Source: Candidatus Poribacteria bacterium
Lineage (GTDB): Bacteria; Poribacteria; WGA-4E; PCPOR2b
Length of the DNA stretch: 64,000 nt
Reading direction: 5' to 3'
Assembly: GCA_965208325.1 (NCBI GenBank)
Contig: OZ242326.1
Span: 2,144,001-2,208,000, forward strand
The notes under the pieces are model-generated. The model was not told the origin of the DNA, made no database searches, and was given only the letters and a program-made list of their open reading frames with translations. Below, in pieces: positions 10,715-20,812 of the stretch; positions within the stretch are counted from its first letter, which is position 1; every line of letters begins with the position of its first letter. The position numbers were made by a program, and so were the translations under genes.

Positions 10715-11764
10715 ATGAAACAAATCTGCCGCGTCTTGAGAAATAACCCCTTTTGGGCATTAGGACTACTTTTAATCTGTAGTTGCGACTTTGTTCAAGA
10801 ACTTATCATCTCGGAACCATCAAGCGGAATGGATCCTGGATCGATTCATGTGGCCATGGTGTATCCAAGCGATTGCGTTGGGGATTCATCATATTGTGAT
10901 AGTTTCCATATTGGCGTTAGGACTGCGGAGGCGGAACTTGGAATTAGCCTGACCGAGTTAGACGGCATGGAGAGCGATCCGGCAGCAACAGAGATGGTTT
11001 TGAGAGAAACCGCACAGAATTCAGCCCTCGTTTTAGCGGCAGGTTACCAGATGGGACCACCGCTCGCGCGCGTTGCAGCCGAATTTCCTGATGTCAAATT
11101 TGCGATTTTTGATGTTGTGCTTGACGTTCCGAACGTAGCTTCTATCAACTATAAGGCGAACGAAGGTTCATTTCTGGTTGGTGCGATTGCAGCTTTAAAA
11201 TCAGAGAGCGGAAAAATTGGATATATCGGCGGCGCGGATGTTCCGTTATTACACGAATTTGAAGCCGGTTACGCCGCCGGGGTTCGTGCAATCAATCCGG
11301 ATGCAGCGGTTGCCATTGAATATATCAGCGAGAATGAAGCGGGTTTCGGTCAGCCGGACAGAGCGAAAGAGATAGCGCTGGCACTATATGAGAGCGGCAT
11401 TGATGTTATATACGTCGCTGCGGGCGGATCGGGTCAAGGTGTGCTTGAAGCCGCCCAAGAGCAGGGGAAATTTATCATTTGGGTTGACTCTAACGGCAAT
11501 CATCTCGCGCCCGGAATCGTCTTGACGAGTATGGTCAAAGAGCTTTCGGCGTCTGTCGAGCGAGTCATCGGTGAAACCGCTGACGGCAATTTTATGGCAG
11601 GCGTCCGATACTTCGGACTTGAGGATGGCGGAGTCAGCTATGCCGTTGATGAACATAATCAGTCGTTGCTGTCAGATGAGATTTTACAGACCGTTGAATC
11701 ATTGAAGGCGCAAATCATCGCCGGCGAAATTGATGTTCCGAATGAAGTCTCACTTCCCCGTTGA
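10715..11764 (+). CDS. BMP-family (PnrA/TmpC-like) ABC substrate-binding lipoprotein
   Basis: Lipobox-like LLICSC, EGSFLVGAIAA, GKIGYIGG, WVDSN, TSMVK motifs. Confidence 0.85.
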   Translation: MKQICRVLRNNPFWALGLLLICSCDFVQELIISEPSSGMDPGSIHVAMVYPSDCVGDSSYCDSFHIGVRTAEAELGISLTELDGMESDPAATEMVLRETAQNSALVLAAGYQMGPPLARVAAEFPDVKFAIFDVVLDVPNVASINYKANEGSFLVGAIAALKSESGKIGYIGGADVPLLHEFEAGYAAGVRAINPDAAVAIEYISENEAGFGQPDRAKEIALALYESGIDVIYVAAGGSGQGVLEAAQEQGKFIIWVDSNGNHLAPGIVLTSMVKELSASVERVIGETADGNFMAGVRYFGLEDGGVSYAVDEHNQSLLSDEILQTVESLKAQIIAGEIDVPNEVSLPR

Positions 11765-11824
11765 CGGGACGCGCTGTCGCATCGCTGTAGTAACGGGTTT
11801 GTACGCCGATGGCACAATCAGTAA

Positions 11825-12541
11825 GTGTCATTGAGATTGGTGAGTACCTCCGACACTGAGTTACAGTTCCATCTGATTTTCCGGGATTATAGAAAATCGT
11901 TTAGTTCAATACGGATTGGCGAAATGAACTTCTTCAATCAGGAACGAAAACTCTTTGGCGAACGGCTTGAACCCGATGCCCCGAATCTTAGCGCGCCGGT
12001 TGCGGCCTCGGAGGAACAGCCGGCTGAAGACAATGAATCTCACGCAGCGGACAACGCGAAACAGGGCACGCTCATCTTTACTAATCGAGCGTGTCTTTTT
12101 TCGCAAGTGGAGTTGAATTCCTTTTTCAATCGCATCTCAACCCAGATTCGCGGCGAGAAGAAACGCGGGCGAATACCGACAGCGGATGAAATTCGCGGTC
12201 GCTTTGAGCAGGGGCGTTGTGTCATGGGTGCCGCTGATTGTCAAGTGTGGGGATATACGTGTATCGTACCAATCACGGAAGAGATCGATGTTCTTGAAAC
12301 AACGATACAGCGGGATTTCCAAAATACCCAACCCGCGAAACAGTTAGTCGACCTCGTTTCGCAGGGGTTGCTGCACCCAGAGAAAACCGCCTTCGCGCTC
12401 TCGTGGACATCTTATACCAAACGACTTTACGGTAAATTGGGCTGGTTACCTTGTAATATTAAAATGCTGGATTCCGGCACGAAAGAAGCACTTAAAACAT
12501 ATGATGAAGTCGTCGAACAATACAACATTTTCATACCCTGA
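11825..12541 (+). CDS. Hypothetical protein, possibly a GNAT-like C-terminal fold (start uncertain, alternative ATG 11924)
   Basis: 238-codon ORF; VWGYTCI and KRLYGKLGW are weakly GNAT-like. Confidence 0.4.
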   Translation: MSLRLVSTSDTELQFHLIFRDYRKSFSSIRIGEMNFFNQERKLFGERLEPDAPNLSAPVAASEEQPAEDNESHAADNAKQGTLIFTNRACLFSQVELNSFFNRISTQIRGEKKRGRIPTADEIRGRFEQGRCVMGAADCQVWGYTCIVPITEEIDVLETTIQRDFQNTQPAKQLVDLVSQGLLHPEKTAFALSWTSYTKRLYGKLGWLPCNIKMLDSGTKEALKTYDEVVEQYNIFIP

Positions 12542-12607
12542 TATGTGTAAAAGAGAGCCGTTTTGACGAGGTTTAGCACGGCAGTCTTTATTTCCCATTC
12601 CTAGCAC

Positions 12608-13294
12608 ATGAAATCATCCCCCGGTAACCCGCTGTTTAGTTTGGTCGCGGAAAGTGTAGCCTACCAAGACACTGTTGCGCTAAAGAATATCACGCTGCAA
12701 ATCGACAGAGGCGAAAAGGTCGCGCTAGTAGGTCCGAGCGGCGCCGGCAAAACCACATTACTTCGTACACTCTACGAAAGCGTCGAGGGTCAGCCTTCAT
12801 TCGTTCATCAACACTATTCCCTTGTGCCGCAACTCTCCGCATTTCACAACGTCTATATTGGACGGCTCGATCGATATTCCACAGCATACAACCTCTTGAA
12901 CCTGATAAAACCGCAGAAAAAATCTTTGCAAGAGATTGTACCTATCCTGCGCGAATTGGGCATGGATGAAAAGACTTTTGATAAGGCTGGTGCGTTGTCT
13001 GGCGGACAAAAACAGCGGGTCGCTGTCGCACGCGCGATTTACCGGGGAGAGGAAATCCTGTTGGCGGATGAGCCGGTGTCTTCCGTAGACCCTCATCAGG
13101 CAGGCACGGTGATGGAACTCATTATGCAGAATGCAGAGACCGTTGTTGTGTCGCTTCACGCTGTAGAATTCGCCCTGAAGTTCTCACAGCGAATGGTCGG
13201 GCTTCGCGGCGGCGAGGTTCAATTCGATCTGCCAGCCGAGGCGGTGACCCAGATGATGCTTACGGAACTGTATCGCAATGAGAATGCCCATTGA
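12608..13294 (+). CDS. PhnC-like ABC ATP-binding protein
   Basis: GPSGAGKT, LSGGQKQRV, LLADEP, SLH. Confidence 0.85.
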   Translation: MKSSPGNPLFSLVAESVAYQDTVALKNITLQIDRGEKVALVGPSGAGKTTLLRTLYESVEGQPSFVHQHYSLVPQLSAFHNVYIGRLDRYSTAYNLLNLIKPQKKSLQEIVPILRELGMDEKTFDKAGALSGGQKQRVAVARAIYRGEEILLADEPVSSVDPHQAGTVMELIMQNAETVVVSLHAVEFALKFSQRMVGLRGGEVQFDLPAEAVTQMMLTELYRNENAH

Positions 13295-13326
13295 ATTCAT
13301 GACGTTTCAAAGGGAATACTGCCGCC

Positions 13327-14817
13327 ATGTTGAGAACCAGCCTTGTCTTCTTCGCCATTGCGCTGATTGCTTTACTACTTGCAGACCTTGAAATCTCCAC
13401 ACTTCACCCTTGGACCGAACTGAGCCGACTTGCTTGGGGGGCAATCACGCCGGATATTCCTGCCCTTTGGGGTTTTAAATCCGCAGTTCTCAACACAGTA
13501 ATCTTTGCTGTCTGCGGTACGTTCCTCGGTGTTGTGCTCGGCATCGGATTAGCCTTCGTTTTTCGTTTTATGGCTGTCAGGTTGTTCTGCGCATTCATCC
13601 GCGCCATTCACGAGATTTTCTGGGCATTTATCTTCCTGCCTATCGTTGGCTTAAATTCAACCTGCGGCGTGCTCGCCATTGCGATTCCTTATGCAGGCAT
13701 CTTTGCCAAGGTATATGCGGAGATTATTCAGGAATCGGATCGGGGCCCGCTTGAGGGAGTGCCTAAAGGGACTGGGGGTTTGAGCCGTTTTGTTTACGGT
13801 ATTCTCCCGGTCATTTATGCCGATACCAAACACTACACCAGCTACCGTTTCGAGTGCGCCCTGCGTTCTAGCGCTATTCTCGGATTCATCGGACTGCCGA
13901 CGCTCGGATTCCATCTTGAGACAGCGTTTCGAGAAGGTTTGTATTCGGAGGCGTGGGCGCTGCTCTACGCCTTCTACATCTTGATTGCCTCGCTCAGGTA
14001 CTGGCTCAAACCGCGACTTGCCGCACTTTACATTGCAGCGTCGTTCGTGTTGTTGTCAAAGACAATCAACGTGTCATGGGAGAACATCGTCCGCTTTTTC
14101 ACCTACGACATCCTGCCGTGGCCAATGCGCCGGGAAGGTATTCACGACGGATCGCACGACGTTTCGTTTGTGTGGGAATCAATTCCTGGCTGGGCGCACA
14201 AAATTTTCGTTCAGGAGGCTTGGGAAGGTATAGGGAACACCGTAGTTTTGACCCAAATTGTGTTGGTTGGGACTGGCTTATTTGCGCTATTGAGTTTTCC
14301 ATTCGCATGCCGGCACTTCTCGGGGAAAATCTTCAATCGGATCTCGCACTTCGGGCTGATTGTCATCCGCACGACTCCGGAGTACATGCTCGCGTATATC
14401 CTTGTACAGCTCTGGGGACCGTCAATGCTTCCGGCTGTTTGGGCGATTCTTCTGCACAACGGAGCAATTCTTGCGTTCCTGACTAGTAACAACGCCGATT
14501 TGGTCTCTCCCAGAATAGATACGCCCCAGAGACGGATAGACCGGTATTTGTTCGAATTCTTGCCGCGCGTATACGGCCAGTTCCTCGCGTTCCTGTTTTA
14601 CCGATGGGAGGTGATGATGCGGGAGTCCGCCATTCTTGGGATTCTCGGCATATACACGCTGGGATTCTACATTGAGAGCGCAATTTCCGATGATCAGATT
14701 GATAAAGTAGTTCTGCTGATTCTCATCACGGCGCTGCTCAACATGGGCATTGATTCCGTGTCGCAGTTTGTACGCCGGCGCCTTAAGATTTCTACGAAAC
14801 TGGTCACGTCTTCGTGA
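13327..14817 (+). CDS. Duplicated PhnE-like ABC permease
   Basis: Two copies of the YRFECALRSSAILG / YRWEVMMRESAILG motif; many TMs. Confidence 0.85.
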   Translation: MLRTSLVFFAIALIALLLADLEISTLHPWTELSRLAWGAITPDIPALWGFKSAVLNTVIFAVCGTFLGVVLGIGLAFVFRFMAVRLFCAFIRAIHEIFWAFIFLPIVGLNSTCGVLAIAIPYAGIFAKVYAEIIQESDRGPLEGVPKGTGGLSRFVYGILPVIYADTKHYTSYRFECALRSSAILGFIGLPTLGFHLETAFREGLYSEAWALLYAFYILIASLRYWLKPRLAALYIAASFVLLSKTINVSWENIVRFFTYDILPWPMRREGIHDGSHDVSFVWESIPGWAHKIFVQEAWEGIGNTVVLTQIVLVGTGLFALLSFPFACRHFSGKIFNRISHFGLIVIRTTPEYMLAYILVQLWGPSMLPAVWAILLHNGAILAFLTSNNADLVSPRIDTPQRRIDRYLFEFLPRVYGQFLAFLFYRWEVMMRESAILGILGIYTLGFYIESAISDDQIDKVVLLILITALLNMGIDSVSQFVRRRLKISTKLVTSS

Positions 14818-14996
14818 GAGGACTACCTACTGCTTGTCAATAACAACGAATCATTTCGCATTAATTTTCGTTACCGTGTGCGAAGGTGACGATTTCCCTG
14901 TTACGGCGTTTCAGATATTCTTCGCGGTATTTCACAATAATAATGTACATCGCATAACCACTTAACTGGCTTACAATGAAAGGAGAATCGACTTAA

Positions 14997-15689
14997 ATGA
15001 CTGAGAAGGAAGTGCTCGAAGAACTAGAGTCGCTCGGCACAGCGCAGAACCGAAAAATCTATAAACGCCACGGCGCCGATGAGACGGTCTACGGCGTCAG
15101 TTTTGCAAATTTGAGGAAGATGCACAAACGGATTAAGGTCGACCATGCGTTGGCGTTAAAGCTCTGGGCAACGGGCCAGCTCGAAGCCCGCCTCATCGCT
15201 TCCATGATTGCTGACCCAAAGTTGACGGATGAGCCTCTGCTTGACGCTTGGGCGGAGGACTTGAACAGTGGTATGGTTGCCGGTGAATTCGTAGAACTCG
15301 TCAGCAAAACACCATTTGCCCGCGCCAAAATGGAGCAGTGGTGTGACTCGGAAGGCGAATGGACCGGACGCGCAGGCTGGCAACTTCTTGCCCATCTTGC
15401 AATGAAAGACGAAGAATTGTCCGACGAATATTTTGAAAACTATCTTCAAATCATCGGGGAAGAAATTCACTTGCGGAAAAACATGGTGAGGGACGCCATG
15501 AATTCAACACTCATCGCCATTGGGATTCGCAACAGTAATTTGGAGAAACTTGCTCTTGCCGTTGCGGCGAAAATCGGGAAGGTAGATGTCGATCACGGGG
15601 AGACGAGTTGCAAGACGCCTGACGCCGCCGAATACATCCGCAAAACGCTCAATCGTAGGCAGCAGAAGAGGAAGAAATCAGCAGCTTGA
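14997..15689 (+). CDS. AlkD-like DNA alkylation repair (HEAT-like) protein
   Basis: HALALKLWATG, KVDVDHGETSCKTPDA motifs. Confidence 0.8.
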   Translation: MTEKEVLEELESLGTAQNRKIYKRHGADETVYGVSFANLRKMHKRIKVDHALALKLWATGQLEARLIASMIADPKLTDEPLLDAWAEDLNSGMVAGEFVELVSKTPFARAKMEQWCDSEGEWTGRAGWQLLAHLAMKDEELSDEYFENYLQIIGEEIHLRKNMVRDAMNSTLIAIGIRNSNLEKLALAVAAKIGKVDVDHGETSCKTPDAAEYIRKTLNRRQQKRKKSAA

Positions 15690-15898
15690 CCGCCTGTTTA
15701 AGAAGGCTCATCATTGGATTAACGCAACGGGGCACAAAAATTATGCGCGGTATGGACCGGTTGCGTTTACGTTCCTGCACCGCGCCAAACGCGTGGAGTC
15801 TGTCATTTCATGGATTTACCGCAACCTCCGATTTGAAAATGTGCTTCCCAAATGCAGCGCTTGACGGCTGAAAAACACGCTAAATAGATTACTATCAT

Positions 15899-15938
15899 TG
15901 AGCCATGAGTTATCACAAAGGATTCATGGCTCATTTTT
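15899..15938 (+). terminator. Probable intrinsic terminator
   Basis: TGAGCCATGA/TCATGGCTCA stem followed by TTTTT. Confidence 0.5.
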
Positions 15939-16007
15939 ATATTTTGACTACATTTTATGATATTTTAAATGAATGTGGCGAATATATATGAATATTTGCA
16001 TTATGCC

Positions 16008-16036
16008 TTGACATACATTTATAACTATGTTATATT
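16008..16036 (+). promoter_or_regulatory. Strong sigma70-type promoter
   Basis: TTGACA-17 bp-TATATT with extended TG and AT-rich upstream region. Confidence 0.65.
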
Positions 16037-16234
16037 CTATTCGCAGCAACCCACTGATTCAATCATCACATCAACCTCTAAGATGAAGTTCATCTTGCGA
16101 ATGATATCGGAAAAATGCACATACAGCTATTTGCCGTCCCTTTTGTGATTGATGGGCAATAAAATTAAGGGCGCACCCCTACGATAGCAGGTGTCGGACG
16201 GCAAAACAAAAACGAAGAATTAGAGGAGTTCTAA

Positions 16235-16471
16235 ATGACAGAGATGATCTTGATGCTAGTAATTGTATTTGGAAGTATTATGGTAACAACGCTGGGCTGT
16301 GTCTGGATGGGTACATCTTACTCTTCAAAGAAACGGGGTTTTATAACGGGCGCGTCCGAACGCGAGATAAAGCAACTACATGAACAAGTGGTGCAAATCC
16401 AGCAAGAGGTGAGGTTTCTCCAAAAAGAGGTGAAATCACTCATCAAGATCGCAAAAGGCATTATACAGTAA
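16235..16471 (+). CDS. Small membrane protein with C-terminal coiled coil
   Basis: SD GAGGAG; N-terminal TM, heptad-rich tail. Confidence 0.7.
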   Translation: MTEMILMLVIVFGSIMVTTLGCVWMGTSYSSKKRGFITGASEREIKQLHEQVVQIQQEVRFLQKEVKSLIKIAKGIIQ

Positions 16472-16485
16472 GGGAGGGACGTTGA

Positions 16486-16827
16486 ATGGCACTACTGCTT
16501 CTACTGCTTTTTCTAGGGTTGACGTTCTTTTTCGTCATAAAATTTTCAGTGATAATTACAGCGGTGGCGGCTATAATTTTGGGGAGTATAACGGTTACGG
16601 TGCTTGCAATTGTCTGGTTGGCAACATCGCGTTCACTAAATAGAACGGGAAAATACCGGTACACCGGGCAAGTGACCTATCAACAAATACAATCAGATTT
16701 AAGCCAGATTTCTGAGGATTTGAACGGTATTCGCTGGCAGTTGCAAGACATCGCCCCGCGATTACATGATATGGAATTCCTGAAGTATGCGCGGCGAGAA
16801 GACACTGATCAAGGTAATCCTCAATAG
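16486..16827 (+). CDS. Small membrane protein, paralogue of the upstream gene
   Basis: SD GGAGG; GSITVTVLAIVWLATS aligns with GSIMVTTLGCVWMGTS; coiled-coil tail. Confidence 0.7.
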   Translation: MALLLLLLFLGLTFFFVIKFSVIITAVAAIILGSITVTVLAIVWLATSRSLNRTGKYRYTGQVTYQQIQSDLSQISEDLNGIRWQLQDIAPRLHDMEFLKYARREDTDQGNPQ

Positions 16828-16958
16828 ACCTGTCTACTGGGCGGGAAACAACAATCACTAAAACCTTAACTAAAGGCGTGGCAGGGATTTTCACAACAAA
16901 GGTGGACGATTGGACAAACCCGCACAATAAATCGAAATCCGCACGAACAGATTTGCCG

Positions 16959-17183
16959 CTAGGATTGGCGTTTTTCTAGCGTCCTTCCGACAAAGAATAT
17001 GAGGATGCCTAAAATCAACGAACCCATCTCGGCGCCCATCGCTTTGCCTTCGCTTAGTCCATGTGGATTGATACAACCAATATACAAACCTGCCCCGAGT
17101 AATGCCATGCCGATTAGTTCTAGCGTTTTGCCAATAAAAAACACGGCGCCTCCGGGGGCAAACGAAAAATCAAGAATCGGCAA
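16959..17183 (-). CDS. Small two-TM hypothetical membrane protein
   Basis: Two hydrophobic segments; follows the upstream minus-strand gene. Confidence 0.5.
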   Translation of the reverse strand: MPILDFSFAPGGAVFFIGKTLELIGMALLGAGLYIGCINPHGLSEGKAMGAEMGSLILGILIFFVGRTLEKRQS

Positions 17184-17197
17184 TCTTACCCATGGGT

Positions 17198-17908
17198 TCA
17201 GTAAAGACTTTTGATGCTACCCCACTGCATAGCCTTCAGGTTGGTGTCTAGCTTTAGCTTGGAAGTGAACACCAAATCCGCGAGTGTGTTATCTTCAGTG
17301 GACGCGATTGGCGCCCAGCTAATTTTATGGCGCAGACGCCCGCCATCCACGTCGTTATATAAGATGCCAAATCCGATTGCATCATCCTTTTTCGGGGACT
17401 GCCCTAAATTAACGCTCAATTCGCACGATTGTCCATCATCACCCCAAGCTACCATTATGATGGGTGAGTTAGGGTCTGGGTTGTGCTCACCAGCACGAAG
17501 TGTATGATGAAAAACATTGCTTTTGTACCCTGTATGATCTATATCAAGATATATTTCAAGATGGTCTTGGCGAGAGAGTTTTTCCTCATGGGTTTCGACT
17601 AGGTCGTCAGTCAACTTGATCGCGATGTAAAGGAAGCTATTACGCCACACAGCAACAAAGGTGCCTGTGAAGTCATCTGAGTGCTGGTTCCAGCGTTTAT
17701 TTTCGATCGTATCCCACTCCAAATTTCCTAATTCTGCTGCTTCCCAGGCTGGGTCGTCGAGGAACCCATCGACCAAAGGCGCGACCTCCGCTAAATTGGC
17801 TCTGTATTGAAAAGGAAATCCGGTGTCTGGATCGACGATATGGGCAAAGCCGGTACTCGCTATAGTAAGCATGAAAAAAACCGTGAAATGCTGTTTCCAA
17901 GTTTTCAT
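17198..17908 (-). CDS. Secreted CBM9/DOMON-like sugar-binding domain protein
   Basis: Signal peptide, PLVDGFLDDPAW, LYIAIKLTDD, IGFGILYNDVD; tail LKAMQWGSIKSLY. Confidence 0.7.
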   Translation of the reverse strand: MKTWKQHFTVFFMLTIASTGFAHIVDPDTGFPFQYRANLAEVAPLVDGFLDDPAWEAAELGNLEWDTIENKRWNQHSDDFTGTFVAVWRNSFLYIAIKLTDDLVETHEEKLSRQDHLEIYLDIDHTGYKSNVFHHTLRAGEHNPDPNSPIIMVAWGDDGQSCELSVNLGQSPKKDDAIGFGILYNDVDGGRLRHKISWAPIASTEDNTLADLVFTSKLKLDTNLKAMQWGSIKSLY

Positions 17909-18191
17909 ATCATCTTCCCTTTCTTTGCAATCAAATTGGAGATCCGATAAGTTAGTATACTGTCAAGTAAGTGGGCTGTCAAGGCAAAATAATTCGATTA
18001 ATTTTGTGTAATGCTGGTTCGCACCCGCGCCATACGCGCGCAGTTTATTCCTCCTCGTATCATACCCTGCCAAAGCGAAGACTATTGCTTCAAATTATTC
18101 TGTAAATTGCCGGCGCGGGTAGTGTACAATCGGTAAACGTTATTTTGAAATTTCAAAATCAAAGGCGCGTTGAACTTAGATTATTACAATA

Positions 18192-19838
18192 TCAAATTGC
18201 ATGGGCGATATTTCCCAAGCGTTCAGTTAGCAGCGAGTTTTCGCGATAGTCGATTGGAACAACGACGAGGCACGGCCGATCAGCGGCAAAAGCCTGCTCT
18301 AAAGCAGGGGCTAGGTCACGCGCATTCTCCACTTGGATTCCTTTCCAATCGAACGCCTCAGCTAACTTAACGAAGTCGGGGTTGTCAAACGACAATTCTG
18401 TATTATATCCAAATTCATTCCGCTGTTTCCATTCAATAAGTCCATATCCGCGGTCTTCCCAAATCATCACGACGATATTCGTCCCAATCCTCCGTGCGGT
18501 TTCTAAATCTTGTACATTCATAAGAAACCCGCCATCGCCGCAAATTGCCAGCACACGTCTGTCTGGATTAACCAACTTTGCGGCAATGGCTCCCGGCAAG
18601 GCAAATCCCATGGAGCAGAAGCCGTTGGATATTAAGCAGGTATTCGGTTCGTCACAGTGATAATAACGGGCGATCCACATCTTGTGCGCACCGACGTCGC
18701 TTAAAAGTATATCTGTGGCGCCCAGCACCTTTCGCACATCCCAGAGCACTTTTTGCGGACGGATGCTACCCTCTGTGTCATCATCTTTGTGTTCAGCGAA
18801 ATCGGATAGCATTACATCTCGAATCGGTTTGTATTCATTCACATCATAGCGAATCGGCTCCTGTTTGATACGCTCATTGAGCATCCAAAGGGTGTGCCCA
18901 AGGTCGCCAACAACCTCTACATCTATACGATAATTTTCGTCGACTTCGGCTGGAAGAAAGTCGATATGAACGATTCGTTTATCTGCTTTTGGGTTCCACA
19001 GCCGTGGGTGGTATTCAACCAAATCGTATCCGAGCGTGATGACGAGGTCAGCGGCATCAATGGCTAAAGCCACGACATCCTTGGCTTGCAACCCGATAGT
19101 AAAGAGGTAGTTCGGCGCGTGGCGAGAGATACACCCTTTGCCCATGAATGTGCTAATTACGCCGATGCCTGTGGCGTCCGCGAACTGCCGCAGTTGCGTG
19201 CTTGCTCGTTTGCGAATGGTGCCGTTACCTGCAAGGATTACCGGATTTTTCGCGCTGCGAATTAAATCCATCACCTGATTCACAATCTTGTCATCTGGCA
19301 CTGGGCGGCGCATCCGCTTACTGGGGATAGGCCGGTTTTCAACGGGTAACTTGGCGATATCTTCGGCAAGTTCAATATGGCAGGCTCCGGGTTTTTCGGT
19401 CATTGCCACCTTGAAGGCTTTACGGACAACTTCCGGAATGTTCCCAGGGTGAATTATCGGCATTGCCCACTTCGTGACGGGCTTAAACATCCCGACGACA
19501 TCCATGTTTTGGTGGCTCTCTTTGTGCTGCCTTCGGCTGTCAGCCTGCCCCGTAATAACGACAAGCGGGGCGCGGTCCATGTTGGCGTCGGCCACACCCG
19601 TAATAAGATTCGAAGCGCCGGGCCCCAATGTGCCGAGACAGACAGCCGCCTGGCCGGTCAGTCTTCCGTGCACGTCTGCCATGAAGGCGGCGGCTTGTTC
19701 GTGCCGCGTAAGGATGAACTCAATGGATGAATTCTCAAGCGACATCATAAACTCGGCATTTTCTTCACCCGGTACCCCGAATATATATTTTACGCCCTCG
19801 GCTTCGAGGCACTGTATAAACAGATCTGCAGCTTTCAT
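18192..19838 (-). CDS. ThDP-dependent enzyme, acetolactate synthase large-subunit family
   Basis: FGVPGEEN, TRHEQ, TLGPG, GDGG ThDP motif, DVGAHKMW. Confidence 0.85.
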   Translation of the reverse strand: MKAADLFIQCLEAEGVKYIFGVPGEENAEFMMSLENSSIEFILTRHEQAAAFMADVHGRLTGQAAVCLGTLGPGASNLITGVADANMDRAPLVVITGQADSRRQHKESHQNMDVVGMFKPVTKWAMPIIHPGNIPEVVRKAFKVAMTEKPGACHIELAEDIAKLPVENRPIPSKRMRRPVPDDKIVNQVMDLIRSAKNPVILAGNGTIRKRASTQLRQFADATGIGVISTFMGKGCISRHAPNYLFTIGLQAKDVVALAIDAADLVITLGYDLVEYHPRLWNPKADKRIVHIDFLPAEVDENYRIDVEVVGDLGHTLWMLNERIKQEPIRYDVNEYKPIRDVMLSDFAEHKDDDTEGSIRPQKVLWDVRKVLGATDILLSDVGAHKMWIARYYHCDEPNTCLISNGFCSMGFALPGAIAAKLVNPDRRVLAICGDGGFLMNVQDLETARRIGTNIVVMIWEDRGYGLIEWKQRNEFGYNTELSFDNPDFVKLAEAFDWKGIQVENARDLAPALEQAFAADRPCLVVVPIDYRENSLLTERLGNIAHAI

Positions 19839-19916
19839 TTAGGCAACTCCTCCTAGTTCATTATCGAAAAGCGAATAGGTCTTTACTTACCCCCAATGTT
19901 TAGACAGTTATGTTTG

Positions 19917-20129
19917 TTATCTATATTGAAATTCGTCCCAAGATAAATCTAAATCGCGAACCACTTTACGGACGATTTCTAATGCTATATCCTGAGAACC
20001 ATGATATGGGATAATTGTTAAACCTCTTGTAGCAGGGTTAAATCACTTTCGGTGAGAACCGCGTTTTGGGCGGGATAATTCTTGGCAACCAAGAGCTCTA
20101 AGCCTCTTTGACAATTTCCGATAGCACAT
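19917..20129 (-). pseudogene. hicA: HicA-family toxin with in-frame TGA at codon 29 (20043-20045)
   Basis: MCYRKLSKRLRALGC...GSHRK*FNP...IPYHGSQDI...; the stop sits where Trp would fit. Confidence 0.75.
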
Positions 20130-20508
20130 GTGGCACTGTTGCCTCAAACACGTAAGGGCGTGGATACTCGTTAGTCTTATTGGGAGTTTTTGTCGCAAAC
20201 AAGGAAGCTATATCGGTTGCTTTCCAATCATCTATTGGAAGTTGTTGCCAAAATTTTGGGAAAGACACATTTGCGTTTGCGTAAACAATACTATCCGGTA
20301 TTTCTTTACCCAAATCCAAATCTTCGTATAGCTCTATTGTTGCAACAAAAGCATCTAAGGATTGGTGTAGAGCTTCTTCTATAGTATTACCCTGAGTTGC
20401 TAATTCTGGTAATTCTTCACACGTTACCATATAGCAACCTTCCGGTTGTAAATCTAGATTGACTGTAATTCTATAGCAAACCTTGCCAGTAGTAAATCGC
20501 CCTTCCAT
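20098..20508 (-). CDS. hicB: HicB-family antitoxin with C-terminal extension
   Basis: YMVTCEELPELATQGNTIEEAL motif; overlaps the hicA pseudogene. Confidence 0.75.
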   Translation of the reverse strand: MEGRFTTGKVCYRITVNLDLQPEGCYMVTCEELPELATQGNTIEEALHQSLDAFVATIELYEDLDLGKEIPDSIVYANANVSFPKFWQQLPIDDWKATDIASLFATKTPNKTNEYPRPYVFEATVPHVLSEIVKEA

Positions 20509-20812
20509 TTGCTTTGCCTTTCAAAGCGTGTCTGGTTTTGAATCTTGAAGCAACAACATGGCACCGGAGTTCCATCTACTCCCGCTCAATTTTAGCACTA
20601 CATGTAGTATAGCGTCAAGAAATACAACAACCTCCCACAATTTTGTTAGCAGGCATCGGTATTATGTGTTAAGCTAAAATACCGAATATGTGCGAATGTT
20701 CGTGTGACATACTTAACAGAATGAGTTAGTGAATCTAGAAGCACAAGATCCGTCTGAAACAAGACAGTTCAAAGACAATATCTGATTCTCAGACGTACTT
20801 GGAGTTACCGCT

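Noticed and set aside
4559..12607. Integron cassette array
   Set aside because: The genes are co-oriented and include TA pairs, but I found no intI or repeated attC-like sites
18074..18100. Additional 36-bp element copies (here and near 63420)
   Set aside because: Only the ATAGTCTTC end matches; too short to call
20043..20045. hicA TGA as selenocysteine
   Set aside because: The position fits Trp rather than Cys, and I saw no convincing SECIS-like hairpin
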